The position numbers and the translations under genes are program-made. A stretch of DNA of 6,314 bases from a virus (taxonomy: Duplodnaviria; Heunggongvirae; Uroviricota; Caudoviricetes), in the IMG/VR virus record IMGVR_UViG_3300014515_000026. One strand, given 5' to 3'. How positions within the stretch are numbered: the first letter of the stretch is position 1; every line of letters starts with the position of its first letter. Positions 6,080-6,314 of this stretch are shown piece after piece. The notes under the pieces are model-generated. The model saw only the letters and a program-made list of their open reading frames with translations. It ran no database searches and was not told the DNA's origin.

Positions 6080-6264
6080 TGCCAGCGTCCTTTTTGCATC
6101 AGGCGTAAACGGGCCAGCATTGAAACAATGCATATTTTATTTAATAACTCCCGTTCGTGTTTTCTCTTGTTAATGGCATCTTCAGTAAATTCAGGGTTAC
6201 TGATAGTGACACCAATTTCAAAACAACCTTCAGACGTATTAACGTTTGGTAATAACGTTTCCAT
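6076..6264 (-). CDS. Small hypothetical prophage protein, 62 aa, acidic N-terminus and basic helix-like C-terminus
   Basis: METLLPNVNTSEGCFEIGVTISNPEFTEDAINKRKHERELLNKICIVSMLARLRLMQKGRWQ. A GAGGA Shine-Dalgarno lies 7 nt upstream of the ATG at 6262-6264, and its stop overlaps the next start (ATGA). Its own frame also stays open up to the window end, so the true 5' end could lie beyond the window. Confidence 0.45.
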   Translation of the reverse strand: METLLPNVNTSEGCFEIGVTISNPEFTEDAINKRKHERELLNKICIVSMLARLRLMQKGRWQ

Positions 6265-6314
6265 TATCGCGTCCTCAACAATGAATTTTGTGATGCGGTG
6301 CCTGGTGCCTCCAG

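Noticed and set aside
1-6314. Search for CRISPR arrays, rRNA genes, IS-element terminal inverted repeats and long direct repeats
   Set aside because: No spacer-repeat periodicity, no rRNA-like sequence and no transposase-like ORF were seen. The only repeats are the short ones reported above.

Overview
This window looks like an enterobacterial (E. coli-like) chromosomal backbone, asnT - mtfA - serU, with an integrative element next to each tRNA gene. At asnT (825-900, minus) sits the 5' ~660 bp of a P4-type integrase gene that runs off the window start. At serU (1892-1981, plus) sits the left arm of a lambdoid prophage, all on the minus strand: a lambda-type integrase (2034-3059), an overlapping excisionase-like gene (3059-3262), a 131-nt run of N (3304-3434), a large multidomain nuclease gene (3298-5796) and two translationally coupled small ORFs (5876-6264). 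The most interesting items are the composite nuclease (RecE-like middle region, Q/E-rich linker, C4 zinc ribbon, DEDD-type 3'-5' exonuclease C-terminus), the coupled small-ORF pair upstream of it, and two integrase anomalies: no canonical start codon on the P4-type integrase, and Lys where the second catalytic Arg is expected in the lambda-type integrase. I saw no CRISPR array, rRNA or IS element. I could not run any searches, so all family assignments rest on motif recognition and recall and need HMM/BLAST confirmation; I found no clearly novel system, only candidates.
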